A stretch of DNA of 42,547 bases from Candidatus Bipolaricaulota bacterium (lineage in GTDB: Bacteria > Bipolaricaulota > Bipolaricaulia > UBA7950 > UBA9294), in NCBI GenBank assembly GCA_021159055.1, contig JAGGSO010000008.1:1-42547 (forward strand), given 5' to 3'. The notes under the pieces were generated by a model that was not told where the DNA came from, made no database searches, and saw nothing but the letters and a program-made list of their open reading frames with translations. Shown one piece after another: positions 32,080 to 40,901 of the stretch (position 1 is the stretch's first letter; every line of letters begins with the position of its first letter). The position numbers and the translations under genes are program-made.

Positions 32080-33009
32080 TTATTGGTAGAACACCCAGCG
32101 CTTGCTCAGCCGCATTTGGATTAAAGTGATGATGAAGATGATGACGAACAGGATGTTGGCCACCGCCGCCCCTCTTCCGAGGTGCCACTGTCCCCATGCC
32201 GTGTTGTAGAAGTAGATCATCACCGTCATCGCGGAGTGCAGCGGTCCTCCTCCCGGGCCGGACCACAGGATGTATATTTCTTGGAATACCTTAAACGCCC
32301 CAATGATTGAGATGATGAACACGAAGAACGTGGTCGGGGAGAGGAGCGGGAGCGTGATATAACGGAACTTTTTCCATCCCGTTGCTCCATCGACCTCTGC
32401 CGCCTCGTAATACATTTTATCGATATTTTGCAGCCCGGCGAGGAATATCACAACATCAAACCCAAGGAAACGCCATATTCCCATGAGGATCACCGCCGGC
32501 ATGGCGAACTGGGGTGTATTGAGCCAATCGATCAGCTGGATGTGAAATAAGGTGTGGAGAAAATAGTTGAGGAGTCCGTAATCGCGGTCGTATATCCACA
32601 AAAACACCATCGACGCTGCCACCGTATTCGTCACGTACGGGAGGAAGAACGCGGTGCGGAAGAAAGAGCGCCCCTTGATCTTGGAGTTGAGGAGCACAGC
32701 GATGAACATCGCCAGCGTCATCGTGGGGATGACGTTTCCAAGTGCATAATAGACCGTGTGCCACAACGAAAGCCAAAAGAGATCATCATGGAATATTTTT
32801 ATGTAATTCTCCCAGCCAACGAAGACCGAGTTGCGGAATTTCCAATGGTAGAAGCTGATCCAGAAGGCTTTAATAAAAGGATAGAAAGTAAAAGTTCCCA
32901 ATATAACCAATGCGGGCAACAAATAAAGGTATGCCTGCGCTGTATCGCGCCAGAACTTAGGACTGCGATACCGTTCCAGATTCCTTACGGATAAAGGTCT
33001 TTTCTTCAT
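32080..33009 (-). CDS. Carbohydrate ABC transporter permease (CUT1, MalF-like)
   Basis: 309 aa from the ATG at 33009 (MKKRPLSVRNLERY...). Six TM helices and an EAA-loop region EAAEVDGATGWKKFRYITLPLL. The ORF-track extension to 33270 overlaps the SBP gene. Confidence 0.9.
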   Translation of the reverse strand: MKKRPLSVRNLERYRSPKFWRDTAQAYLYLLPALVILGTFTFYPFIKAFWISFYHWKFRNSVFVGWENYIKIFHDDLFWLSLWHTVYYALGNVIPTMTLAMFIAVLLNSKIKGRSFFRTAFFLPYVTNTVAASMVFLWIYDRDYGLLNYFLHTLFHIQLIDWLNTPQFAMPAVILMGIWRFLGFDVVIFLAGLQNIDKMYYEAAEVDGATGWKKFRYITLPLLSPTTFFVFIISIIGAFKVFQEIYILWSGPGGGPLHSAMTVMIYFYNTAWGQWHLGRGAAVANILFVIIFIITLIQMRLSKRWVFYQ

Positions 33010-33059
33010 GTGATATAAGCGTGCGGGGGAGGGGGATATCCCTCCCCCGCGTGTTACGC

Positions 33060-34307
33060 CTATTCTCCTAAGTACTCGGTATCGATTTCCTGCGCCGCAG
33101 CGTCCAGGGCTTCCTTGGGGGTCGCCTTGCCGAGCATTACCTGCTCGAAGGCGGTCGCGATCGATTGCCGGATGTTGTACATGTTCGGATGATGCGGGTA
33201 GACGAACCCGGCGAGGGCCATCTGACCGCTTGCCTCCGCCTCCGGATGCTGAGTGATGAACTCCTTCCACTCATCGGAAGCGACCACGGACTTGCGAATC
33301 GGCAGGTAGCCGGTCTCCTCAGCCCACTGAAGCGTCGCCTCCTTGGAGATCAGGAATTTCGCGAACTCAATGGCGGCATCCCGCTGTGCTTGAGTTGTGC
33401 CCAGCTGGAACACGCCGATGTTCGTCCCCTGAATTATGCCGTCCCCGTTCTTCGGGCCAGCCGGAAGGGCCGCGGTCATCCAACCGTGTTTCCCTTCACT
33501 TGCCTTGGCCACGTACGGAGTCCCAGCAGATGAACCGATGTACATCGCCACCTTACCATTCCCGAACGGACCGGAGAGGTAACTCGTCTGATACAGGCTA
33601 TACTGTTTCAGGTTGAGGAGGTACTCCATCGCCTGAATCCCCTCCGGGGAGTTGATCAGGCACTTGGTCATGTCGTCGTTCAGGATCTTCCCACCGGCCT
33701 GGTGGAAGAAGTTGATGAAGAACTCGGTGTACGGTCGGATCCCAAACCCGTACTGATCGGGAGTGCCATCGCCGTCACTGTCCACGGTGAGATCCTTCGC
33801 CGTCTGCAGGAGCTCATCCCAGGTCTTGGGCGGGTTCTTGACAAGGTCGGTGTTGTAGAACAGGACCATCGCCGACTTGTTGAACGGGAGGGTCATTAGG
33901 ACTTTCTCTCCGTTCACTACATAGGTATTCGAATCAATAAACGATTGTGGAATATCGTCGATTACGTCCTGTGAAATCGATGGTCCAAGCGGGACGAGAG
34001 CGTCCGCCTCGATGAACTTCATCGTCCAATCCTCGTACATCTGCGCCATCACCGGCGGGGTGCCAGCAGCCACCGCGGACAACAGCTTCTGGCTTAGATC
34101 TCCATAGTGTCCCTGATAGACTAGCGTAACTTTGATATCAGGATGTGCCTGCATGAACTCATCGGCAAGCGCCTGCAGGGTCGGCTGATGCCCGCTCGAC
34201 ATCGCATGCCAGAACGTTATTTCAACTTGATCCGCTGCTCCGGTCACCACCGCTCCGAACACCAGCAGTGAGAGGATCGCTACGAACATTAGACTCTTCC
34301 TAAGCAT
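33060..34307 (-). CDS. ABC transporter substrate-binding protein (family 1, sugar type)
   Basis: 415 aa from the ATG at 34307 (MLRKSLMFVAILSLLVFG...). The ORF-track GTG lies inside the GGAGGTGA SD. ITFWHAM, LVKNPPKTWDEL and GKVAMYIGSS blocks. Confidence 0.9.
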   Translation of the reverse strand: MLRKSLMFVAILSLLVFGAVVTGAADQVEITFWHAMSSGHQPTLQALADEFMQAHPDIKVTLVYQGHYGDLSQKLLSAVAAGTPPVMAQMYEDWTMKFIEADALVPLGPSISQDVIDDIPQSFIDSNTYVVNGEKVLMTLPFNKSAMVLFYNTDLVKNPPKTWDELLQTAKDLTVDSDGDGTPDQYGFGIRPYTEFFINFFHQAGGKILNDDMTKCLINSPEGIQAMEYLLNLKQYSLYQTSYLSGPFGNGKVAMYIGSSAGTPYVAKASEGKHGWMTAALPAGPKNGDGIIQGTNIGVFQLGTTQAQRDAAIEFAKFLISKEATLQWAEETGYLPIRKSVVASDEWKEFITQHPEAEASGQMALAGFVYPHHPNMYNIRQSIATAFEQVMLGKATPKEALDAAAQEIDTEYLGE

Positions 34308-34395
34308 GAAAATCACCTCCGTAAGATCTTTGCCTCACTTCTTGGTCGCCTTTTGCATTCTGTATTTTTTTAGTATCACCTCCCTGTTTATCGAA

Positions 34396-35253
34396 TTATT
34401 TCAAGCCGCTCCTGGCTATCCCCTGGATGAACTGCTTCTGGGCTACGAAGAACAGGATCAGTATCGGAAGCATCGCCATGAACGAGGCGCTCATCAGAAG
34501 TTCGTAATCTGTGCCCACGTCCGAGCGGAAGAAGGACAATCCCACTGGGACAGTGCGCATGTTCGGATTGTTCGTCATGATCAACACCCACAGGAATGCA
34601 TTCCAACTTCCGATGAACTTGAACAGGGCTACACTGGTAATCCCAGGACGGGAAAGAGGGACCATAATCCTCCACAGAAACCGCAGTCTCCCGCACCCGT
34701 CGATCCGTGCCGCGTCCCACAAGTCATCCGGAATGGTCATAAAGAACTGGCGCAGGAGGAATATCCCAAACACCGAGGTGATCCACGGGATGATGAGCGC
34801 GTAGTAGGTATCGATCCAATGCAGGCGCGTCATCAGGATGAAGTTGGGGACGAGGAGCATCTCCCCTGGGATCATCATTGTCCCTAAAAATGCGAGGAAT
34901 AACGGTTTTTTGCCGAAGAAATCCATCTTGGCGAACGCGTAGGCAGCGAAGATCGTGGTGACCACCTCGCTCACGGTGGTTGCGATCGCGATGAAAAAGC
35001 TGTTGAGGAAGTAACGACCGAACGGTGCCGCGTTCCACGCCTTGACGAAGTTGCTCCATTCAAAGTGAGAGGGGATCCATTTGGGAGGCATTATCAAAAC
35101 TTCGTTCGCCGGCTTAACCGCGGTGGAGATCATCCACAGGAAGGGGAGGATCATCACCGTTGCCCCGAGCAGCAACAGGAAATACGTCGTAAATAGATAG
35201 ACGCGCCGTTGGATCACGTAAGAGTATCCCTGCATCATCCCACGTGCCTTCAA
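34396..35253 (-). CDS. Carbohydrate ABC transporter permease (CUT1, MalG-like)
   Basis: 285 aa with a TTG start 5 nt after AAGGAGG. EAA loop DAARIDGCGRLRFLWRIMVPLSRPG. Confidence 0.9.
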   Translation of the reverse strand: MKARGMMQGYSYVIQRRVYLFTTYFLLLLGATVMILPFLWMISTAVKPANEVLIMPPKWIPSHFEWSNFVKAWNAAPFGRYFLNSFFIAIATTVSEVVTTIFAAYAFAKMDFFGKKPLFLAFLGTMMIPGEMLLVPNFILMTRLHWIDTYYALIIPWITSVFGIFLLRQFFMTIPDDLWDAARIDGCGRLRFLWRIMVPLSRPGITSVALFKFIGSWNAFLWVLIMTNNPNMRTVPVGLSFFRSDVGTDYELLMSASFMAMLPILILFFVAQKQFIQGIARSGLK

Positions 35254-35320
35254 TCTCCCCTCCTTGACCTAGTATACTCCGCTTACCCCTGAGGGGGCAA
35301 ATATCACGTAGGGAGGGACA

Positions 35321-35920
35321 ATGGTAGGACGGTTGGAAGTGATCACCGGGTGCATGTTCTCCGGGAAGACGGAGGAGCTGATCCGCCGCCTTGAGCGGGT
35401 GCGGATCGCCCGCGGGAAGATCTTGTTGTTCAAGCCAACGATCGACAATCGCTACAGCGATACGGCGGTGGTGACCCACTACGGCCGTGAGTTTCCCGCC
35501 CACCTTCTCCCCCCGGGCGAGGAGACGCTGGAAACGCTGCTCGAAATAGCGGGCGAGGAAGCGCTTGCGGAAAGCACGGTGATCGCGTTCGACGAGGGGA
35601 ACTTCTTCTCGGACCGGTTTCCGGGGCTGTGCGAGGAACTGGTCGAGATGGGGAAGCGGGTGATCGTCGCCGGACTCGATCTCACGTTTGCCGGGGAGCC
35701 GTTCGGCCCGATGCCGACATTGATGGCCCTCGCTGATCAGGTGGACAAGCTGCACGCGGTGTGCGTTAAGTGCGGGGCGCCGGCGACCCGTTCCCAGCGC
35801 TTGATCGATGGAAGGCCCGCCCCTCCGGACGATGCGGTGATCAAGATCGGTGGGCAGGAGGTGTATGAAGCAAGATGCCGGAACTGCTACGAAAAAGGCG
35901 ATTTCAGTAAGACAACTTGA
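35321..35920 (+). CDS. tdk: Thymidine kinase
   Basis: 199 aa. P-loop GCMFSGKTEEL. C-terminal zinc ribbon CVKCG...CRNCY. Confidence 0.95.
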   Translation: MVGRLEVITGCMFSGKTEELIRRLERVRIARGKILLFKPTIDNRYSDTAVVTHYGREFPAHLLPPGEETLETLLEIAGEEALAESTVIAFDEGNFFSDRFPGLCEELVEMGKRVIVAGLDLTFAGEPFGPMPTLMALADQVDKLHAVCVKCGAPATRSQRLIDGRPAPPDDAVIKIGGQEVYEARCRNCYEKGDFSKTT

Positions 35921-35951
35921 CAGGATTGGAAGATGTTGATAGGATTGAGAT

Positions 35952-37553
35952 ATGACCTCCGGTAGCTCTGGCCACGGAACGAACTCGAACAGGGGTGCCA
36001 CGCCTACCGCTGAATACGCGATCGAGCTGCGCGGAATCGTAAAGCGGTTTCCCGGGGTGGTGGCAAACGATGGGGTCGATCTCAAGGTCCGCCGTGGGGA
36101 GATCCACTGCCTGCTCGGGGAGAACGGGGCGGGGAAGACGACCCTGATGCGCATCTTGTACGGTCTTTACCGCCCGGACGCCGGAGAGATTCTGCTGAAC
36201 GGAACCCCGATCATGTTCCACTCCCCGCGGGATGCCCTTGCCCATCGGATCGGGATGGTGCACCAGCACTTCCGGTTGGTTCCCACCCTCACGGTGGAGG
36301 AGAACGTCCTCCTTGGCCTCAACGAGGGGACCGGACCGTTCCTCAACCTGCGCAAGGTCCGGGCGAAGATCAAGAAGATCTCGGAGGACTACGGCCTCCC
36401 GGTCGACACCCGCGCCCGCGTCTGGCAGCTTTCAGTCGGGCAACAGCAGCGGGTGGAGATCATCAAGGCACTGTATCGCGACGCTGACGTCCTGATCATG
36501 GACGAGCCGACGAGCGTCCTTACCCCACAGGAGGTCGACCAGCTCTTCTCCACCCTGCGCCACCTCGTCGACGCCGGGCTGACCGTCATCTTCATCACCC
36601 ACAAGCTCGACGAGGTGATGGAGATCAGCGACCGCGTCACCGTGCTCCGCAAAGGAAAAGCGGTGGCCGCAGTGGATACAGCGGATACGAACAAAGCTGA
36701 GCTCGCGCGGTTGATGGTCGGACGCGAGGTTGTCTTCCGGTTGGAGAAGAAACCCCTCCACCGCGGGGAGCTGCTCCTCGAGGTGAGGGATATACACGCC
36801 CTCAATGATCGGGGATTACCCGCCCTGCGTGGTGTCTCGTTCGAACTGTACGCTGGTGAGATCCTCGGGGTCGCCGGGGTATCGGGAAACGGGCAGCGGG
36901 AGCTGGCCGAGGTGCTGACCGGGTTACGCCGGGTGACCCGCGGGCGGATCGTTCTGAACGGAAAGCCGATGACCAATCGCTCGGCGCGCGAGATCGCCGA
37001 CATGCAGGTCGCCCATATCCCCACCGAGCGAAAGCGGATGGGAACGGTGCCCAACATGAGCATCAAGGAGAATTTGATCCTGAAGTCGTACCGTCATCCG
37101 CCGTTTGCCCGCGGGCTGTTCGTCGATTACCAGAAGGCGAAGGAGAACGCGCGGCGCCTGATGCAGGAGTACAAGATCATCGCTCCGAATGAGGAGACGG
37201 CGGTAAAGCTCCTCTCCGGGGGGAACATCCAGCGGGTGGTGTTGGCGCGCGAGCTCTCGGGCAAACCACGCCTGATCATCGCTGCCCACCCGACCTACGG
37301 CCTCGACGTCGGAGCCACGGAGCAGGTGCGCGAGATCCTCCTCGAGCAGCGGGATACCGGTGCCGGAGTACTCCTCATCTCGGAGGACCTAGAGGAAGTG
37401 ATGACCCTGTCCGACCGGATCATGGTGATGTTCTCCGGAGAGGTGATGGGGATCATCGATGCCGCGGAGGCGAAGATCGAGGAGATCGGGCTGATGATGG
37501 CCGGGGAAAAGAGAGAAGGGGTACAGAGTGGTACAAGCGCCAAAGTGGCTTAG
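35952..37553 (+). CDS. ABC transporter ATP-binding protein, duplicated cassette (nucleoside/BMP-type importer)
   Basis: 533 aa. Walker A GENGAGKTT and GVSGNGQRE. Signatures LSVGQQQRVEI and LSGGNIQRVVL. Confidence 0.93.
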   Translation: MTSGSSGHGTNSNRGATPTAEYAIELRGIVKRFPGVVANDGVDLKVRRGEIHCLLGENGAGKTTLMRILYGLYRPDAGEILLNGTPIMFHSPRDALAHRIGMVHQHFRLVPTLTVEENVLLGLNEGTGPFLNLRKVRAKIKKISEDYGLPVDTRARVWQLSVGQQQRVEIIKALYRDADVLIMDEPTSVLTPQEVDQLFSTLRHLVDAGLTVIFITHKLDEVMEISDRVTVLRKGKAVAAVDTADTNKAELARLMVGREVVFRLEKKPLHRGELLLEVRDIHALNDRGLPALRGVSFELYAGEILGVAGVSGNGQRELAEVLTGLRRVTRGRIVLNGKPMTNRSAREIADMQVAHIPTERKRMGTVPNMSIKENLILKSYRHPPFARGLFVDYQKAKENARRLMQEYKIIAPNEETAVKLLSGGNIQRVVLARELSGKPRLIIAAHPTYGLDVGATEQVREILLEQRDTGAGVLLISEDLEEVMTLSDRIMVMFSGEVMGIIDAAEAKIEEIGLMMAGEKREGVQSGTSAKVA

Positions 37554-38607
37554 CATCGAGCGAAGGCCGATTCCGTCCGGCAGGACGATCTTCACGGTCT
37601 CGATCCTGGCGATCGTCGCCGCGTTGATCGTGATGGCGATCTTCTTCGCCGCCTACGGCGTCTCCCCGATCCGGGCGTACGGCGCGATCCTGCGGGGGGC
37701 ACTTGGAAACTGGAGTGGATTCTCCGAGACGTTGCGAAGGATGATCCCGCTCCTCCTCTGTGGGGTGGGGTTGACCGTCACCCTCCGCGCCCTGTTCTGG
37801 AACATCGGAGCGGACGGGCAACTCCTGTTCGGGGCGATCGCCGCCACCTGGGTCGCCCTGTTCTCCGGGTTGCACGGTCCGCTCGTCATCCCGGTGATGT
37901 TCGCTGCTGGATTCCTCGCCGGCGCCCTCTGGGGATTGATCCCCGCCGTGCTCAAAGTAAAGCTGGGGATCAACGACGTCATCACGACACTGATGATGAA
38001 CTACATCGCAATCTACATCGTCCTCTACCTGATCCACGGCCCGTGGAAGGGACCGAGCGTGCGCGGGTATCCGCTGACCGACATCTTCCCCCCGGCGGCA
38101 CAGCTTCCCACGATCGGGAACACCCATGTCCATTGGCCCACCCTCCTCATCGGGCTCGTCGCGGCCGTGGTGGCGTACATCATGCTCAATCGGATGAAGA
38201 GTGGGTTTGAGATTCGAGTAGTCGGAGAGAATCCGCACGCGGCTCGCTACGCCGGGATGAGCGAGCTGAAGACGGTGGTCATCGCGATGCTCATCTCCGG
38301 GGGGTTGGCCGGGATCGCCGGGGTGGGGGAGGTCGCGGGCGTCCAGCTCCGCCTGCTCAATCCGGCGCAAGTTTCCATGGGATACGGTTACACCGCGATC
38401 ATCGTCGCCTGGCTCGCCCGCAAGAATCCACTCGCGGTGATCGTCACCTCGTTCTTCTTCGGAGTGTTGATGGCCGGTGGGGATGTGATTAAGGTGAACT
38501 TAGGGCTTCCGTTCCAGTTGATCAACGTGTTCAACGGGGTGATCATGTTCTTCCTGATCGGAAGCGAGATATTCATGCACTACAAGATTTCACTGCGGAG
38601 GCGGTAA
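37528..38607 (+). CDS. ABC transporter permease (BMP/nucleoside system, first permease)
   Basis: 359 aa with a GTG start. Polytopic BPD_transp_2-like protein. Confidence 0.88.
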   Translation: MVQAPKWLSIERRPIPSGRTIFTVSILAIVAALIVMAIFFAAYGVSPIRAYGAILRGALGNWSGFSETLRRMIPLLLCGVGLTVTLRALFWNIGADGQLLFGAIAATWVALFSGLHGPLVIPVMFAAGFLAGALWGLIPAVLKVKLGINDVITTLMMNYIAIYIVLYLIHGPWKGPSVRGYPLTDIFPPAAQLPTIGNTHVHWPTLLIGLVAAVVAYIMLNRMKSGFEIRVVGENPHAARYAGMSELKTVVIAMLISGGLAGIAGVGEVAGVQLRLLNPAQVSMGYGYTAIIVAWLARKNPLAVIVTSFFFGVLMAGGDVIKVNLGLPFQLINVFNGVIMFFLIGSEIFMHYKISLRRR

Positions 38608-39536
38608 TGGGCTGGGAGAGCTGGCTTATCTCGACGTTGGCACGGGCGCTGGCGTATGGGACCCCGCTCCTTCTGGGAACATTGGGGGAGATCTACGCCG
38701 AACGAGCGGGGGTGCTCAATCTGGGGATCGAAGGAATGATGATCATGGGCGCGTATTCCGCGTTCGTGGTCGCGTACAAGACCGGGCATCCGTGGCTTGG
38801 GGTCCTGGTCGGCGCCGTGGTCGGGGGGGCATTCTCCCTGATCCATGCGTTCGCCAGCATCACGTTGAAGGCGAATCAAGTCGTATCCGGGCTCGCCCTC
38901 ACCATGCTCGGGCTCGGGCTATCCGGGGTGCTCGGACGGAGCTGGGTCGGTCACCCGTTGTTCACGCCTCTTCGCCGGATCACCGTTCCCGGTCTGTCCG
39001 CGATCCCGATCATCGGGCCCGGACTGTTCACCCGCCAGAACCTGCTCGTCTACATCACCATGCTGCTGGTTCCGATCCTATGGTACATCTTGTTTCACAC
39101 CCGGATCGGAGTGACGATCAGGGCGGTGGGGGAGGATCCGGCTACCGCCGACTCGCTCGGGGTGAACGTCGCCCGGGTGCGGTATCTATGCGTGATATTC
39201 GGTGGGATCTTCGCCGGGCTCGCTGGTGCCTACCTGTCGGTGGGATACCGCCCGTCCTGGACCGAGGGGATGACCGGTGGGATGGGGTGGATCGTGATCG
39301 CTCTCACCATCTTCGCGTTCTGGAACCCGATCTACGGGCTCCTCGGCTCCTACTTCTTCGCTGCTCTATATCACCTCTCCTACCGAATGCAGGCCTGGGT
39401 GTCGCCCGAGCTGCTGAAGGCGATGCCGTACGCGTTCGCCATCATCATCCTCATCTTCGTGTCACGGGGGACATTGCAGAAGCGGATGGGAGCACCCGCT
39501 GCCCTCGCGATCCCGTACACACGTGGTGAGGAGTAG
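38607..39536 (+). CDS. ABC transporter permease (BMP/nucleoside system, second permease)
   Basis: 309 aa. The ATG shares 1 nt with the preceding TAA. Polytopic. Confidence 0.88.
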   Translation: MGWESWLISTLARALAYGTPLLLGTLGEIYAERAGVLNLGIEGMMIMGAYSAFVVAYKTGHPWLGVLVGAVVGGAFSLIHAFASITLKANQVVSGLALTMLGLGLSGVLGRSWVGHPLFTPLRRITVPGLSAIPIIGPGLFTRQNLLVYITMLLVPILWYILFHTRIGVTIRAVGEDPATADSLGVNVARVRYLCVIFGGIFAGLAGAYLSVGYRPSWTEGMTGGMGWIVIALTIFAFWNPIYGLLGSYFFAALYHLSYRMQAWVSPELLKAMPYAFAIIILIFVSRGTLQKRMGAPAALAIPYTRGEE

Positions 39537-39613
39537 CGAAGGGAGGTGAGAGGAAGACGGAAACACAAGCTGAGGAGGAGAGCGAATCAAAAAGAGAAAA
39601 AAGGAGGGATATA

Positions 39614-40792
39614 ATGCACAGAAAGATCGTTCTTGCAGCAGTGATGGCGATGGTGCTCATCGGAGGGCTCGTCGCAATCGCGGCAGCTGACCCGTATGTA
39701 CCCGGAACCCCGATCAAGGCGGGTTTCATCTACATCGGACCAGTCGGCGACTACGGATGGAGCCATGCCCACGACGTGGCACGGCAGATCTTGGTTAAGG
39801 AATTCCCGTGGCTGAGCACGGTCTACGTGGAGAGCGTCGGCACGGGAGATGTCGTCTCCACGATCGACAAGCTGGTGAACGACGAGCACTGCAACGTCAT
39901 CTTCACCACCAGCTTCGACTTCATGGACCCGACGCTCGCCGCGGCGAAGAAGTACCCCGACGTGATCTTTGCCCACTGCTCCGGGTTCAAGCGCGCCCCC
40001 AACATGGCGACCTACATGGCGGATTTCTACCAGGTCTACTACCTGAACGGGCTTGCCGCCGGAGCTCTCACCAAGACGGGGAAGGTCGGATATGTAGGCG
40101 CCGTTCCTATTCCGGAGGTCAAGCGACACATCAACGCATTCACCATCGGAGTGCGCGAGGTCAACCCCGAGGCGAAGGTGGACGTGCGCTGGATCAACGA
40201 ATGGCTGAACCCAGCGGCAGCAGCGGAGGCGACTGAGGCCCTGATCGCCGATGGGTGCGACGTGTTCGCGTTCACCGAGGACACTCCGACAGTGGTCCAG
40301 AAGGCAGCGGAGAGCGGATTTACGAGCTTCGCCCACTACTCCCCGATGTACAAGTTCGCCCCCGATTACGTGGTCTCGGGTGAGCTCGTCCATTGGGAGA
40401 AGATCTATGCCGATTTCCTGCAGAAGATCTACGATGGGGTGTACACTGCCAAGAACCTCCAGAACGTCGACTACTGGTGGCTCCTCGGGCAGGGTGCGGT
40501 CGAGATGGGGGCCAAACCCGGAATGGCGATCAACCCCGCCTACGTCGACAAGCTGAAGGCGGTCGTGATCGATCATCCGACGTTCGGCAAGATCAGCGTC
40601 TACGACCTGATCCAAACCCGGCTGAACCAGATGGGTGATCCGGGAGTCACCTTCGACCCGTTCCAGGGCCCGATCAAGGATCGAAAGGGCAACCTCGAAG
40701 TGCCGAAGGGGATGTGGATGTCGGTCGACTCCCTGATCTCCCTCGAATGGGCAGTCGACGGCGTCATCGGCCCGTGGCCGGGTGAGCCGTAG
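39614..40792 (+). CDS. BMP family (PnrA/Med-like) ABC transporter substrate-binding protein
   Basis: 392 aa. N-terminal anchor IVLAAVMAMVLIGGLVAIAAA. GFIYIGPVGDYGWSHAHD and GYVGAVPIPEVKRHINAFTIG blocks. Confidence 0.9.
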   Translation: MHRKIVLAAVMAMVLIGGLVAIAAADPYVPGTPIKAGFIYIGPVGDYGWSHAHDVARQILVKEFPWLSTVYVESVGTGDVVSTIDKLVNDEHCNVIFTTSFDFMDPTLAAAKKYPDVIFAHCSGFKRAPNMATYMADFYQVYYLNGLAAGALTKTGKVGYVGAVPIPEVKRHINAFTIGVREVNPEAKVDVRWINEWLNPAAAAEATEALIADGCDVFAFTEDTPTVVQKAAESGFTSFAHYSPMYKFAPDYVVSGELVHWEKIYADFLQKIYDGVYTAKNLQNVDYWWLLGQGAVEMGAKPGMAINPAYVDKLKAVVIDHPTFGKISVYDLIQTRLNQMGDPGVTFDPFQGPIKDRKGNLEVPKGMWMSVDSLISLEWAVDGVIGPWPGEP

Positions 40793-40809
40793 ACCGCGTA
40801 TCACGGAAC

Positions 40810-40847
40810 AAAAAATATCGGGCGGCCGCACGGCCGCCCGTTTTTTT
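40810..40847. terminator. Bidirectional rho-independent terminator
   Basis: AAAAAATAT-CGGGCGGCC-GCAC-GGCCGCCCG-TTTTTTT, between convergent genes. Confidence 0.8.
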
Positions 40848-40901
40848 CGTTATTGCCGCAGTTGGTCGTTACCAGCTAGCAGTCAACAAAGTAGCGGAAG
40901 T

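Noticed and set aside
34317-34395. Duplicated GGAGGTGAT Shine-Dalgarno-like sequence and a 7-codon mini-ORF (MQKATKK) between the MalG-like permease and SBP genes
   Set aside because: The first SD copy is 17 nt from the mini-ORF ATG, which is too far. There is no obvious attenuator structure, so it is probably incidental.
35114-36154. 346-aa minus-strand ORF across tdk and the ABC ATPase start, and similar ORFs at 37453-38370 and 39587-40831
   Set aside because: Antisense to genes with P-loop, zinc-ribbon, permease or BMP signatures. No motifs of their own.
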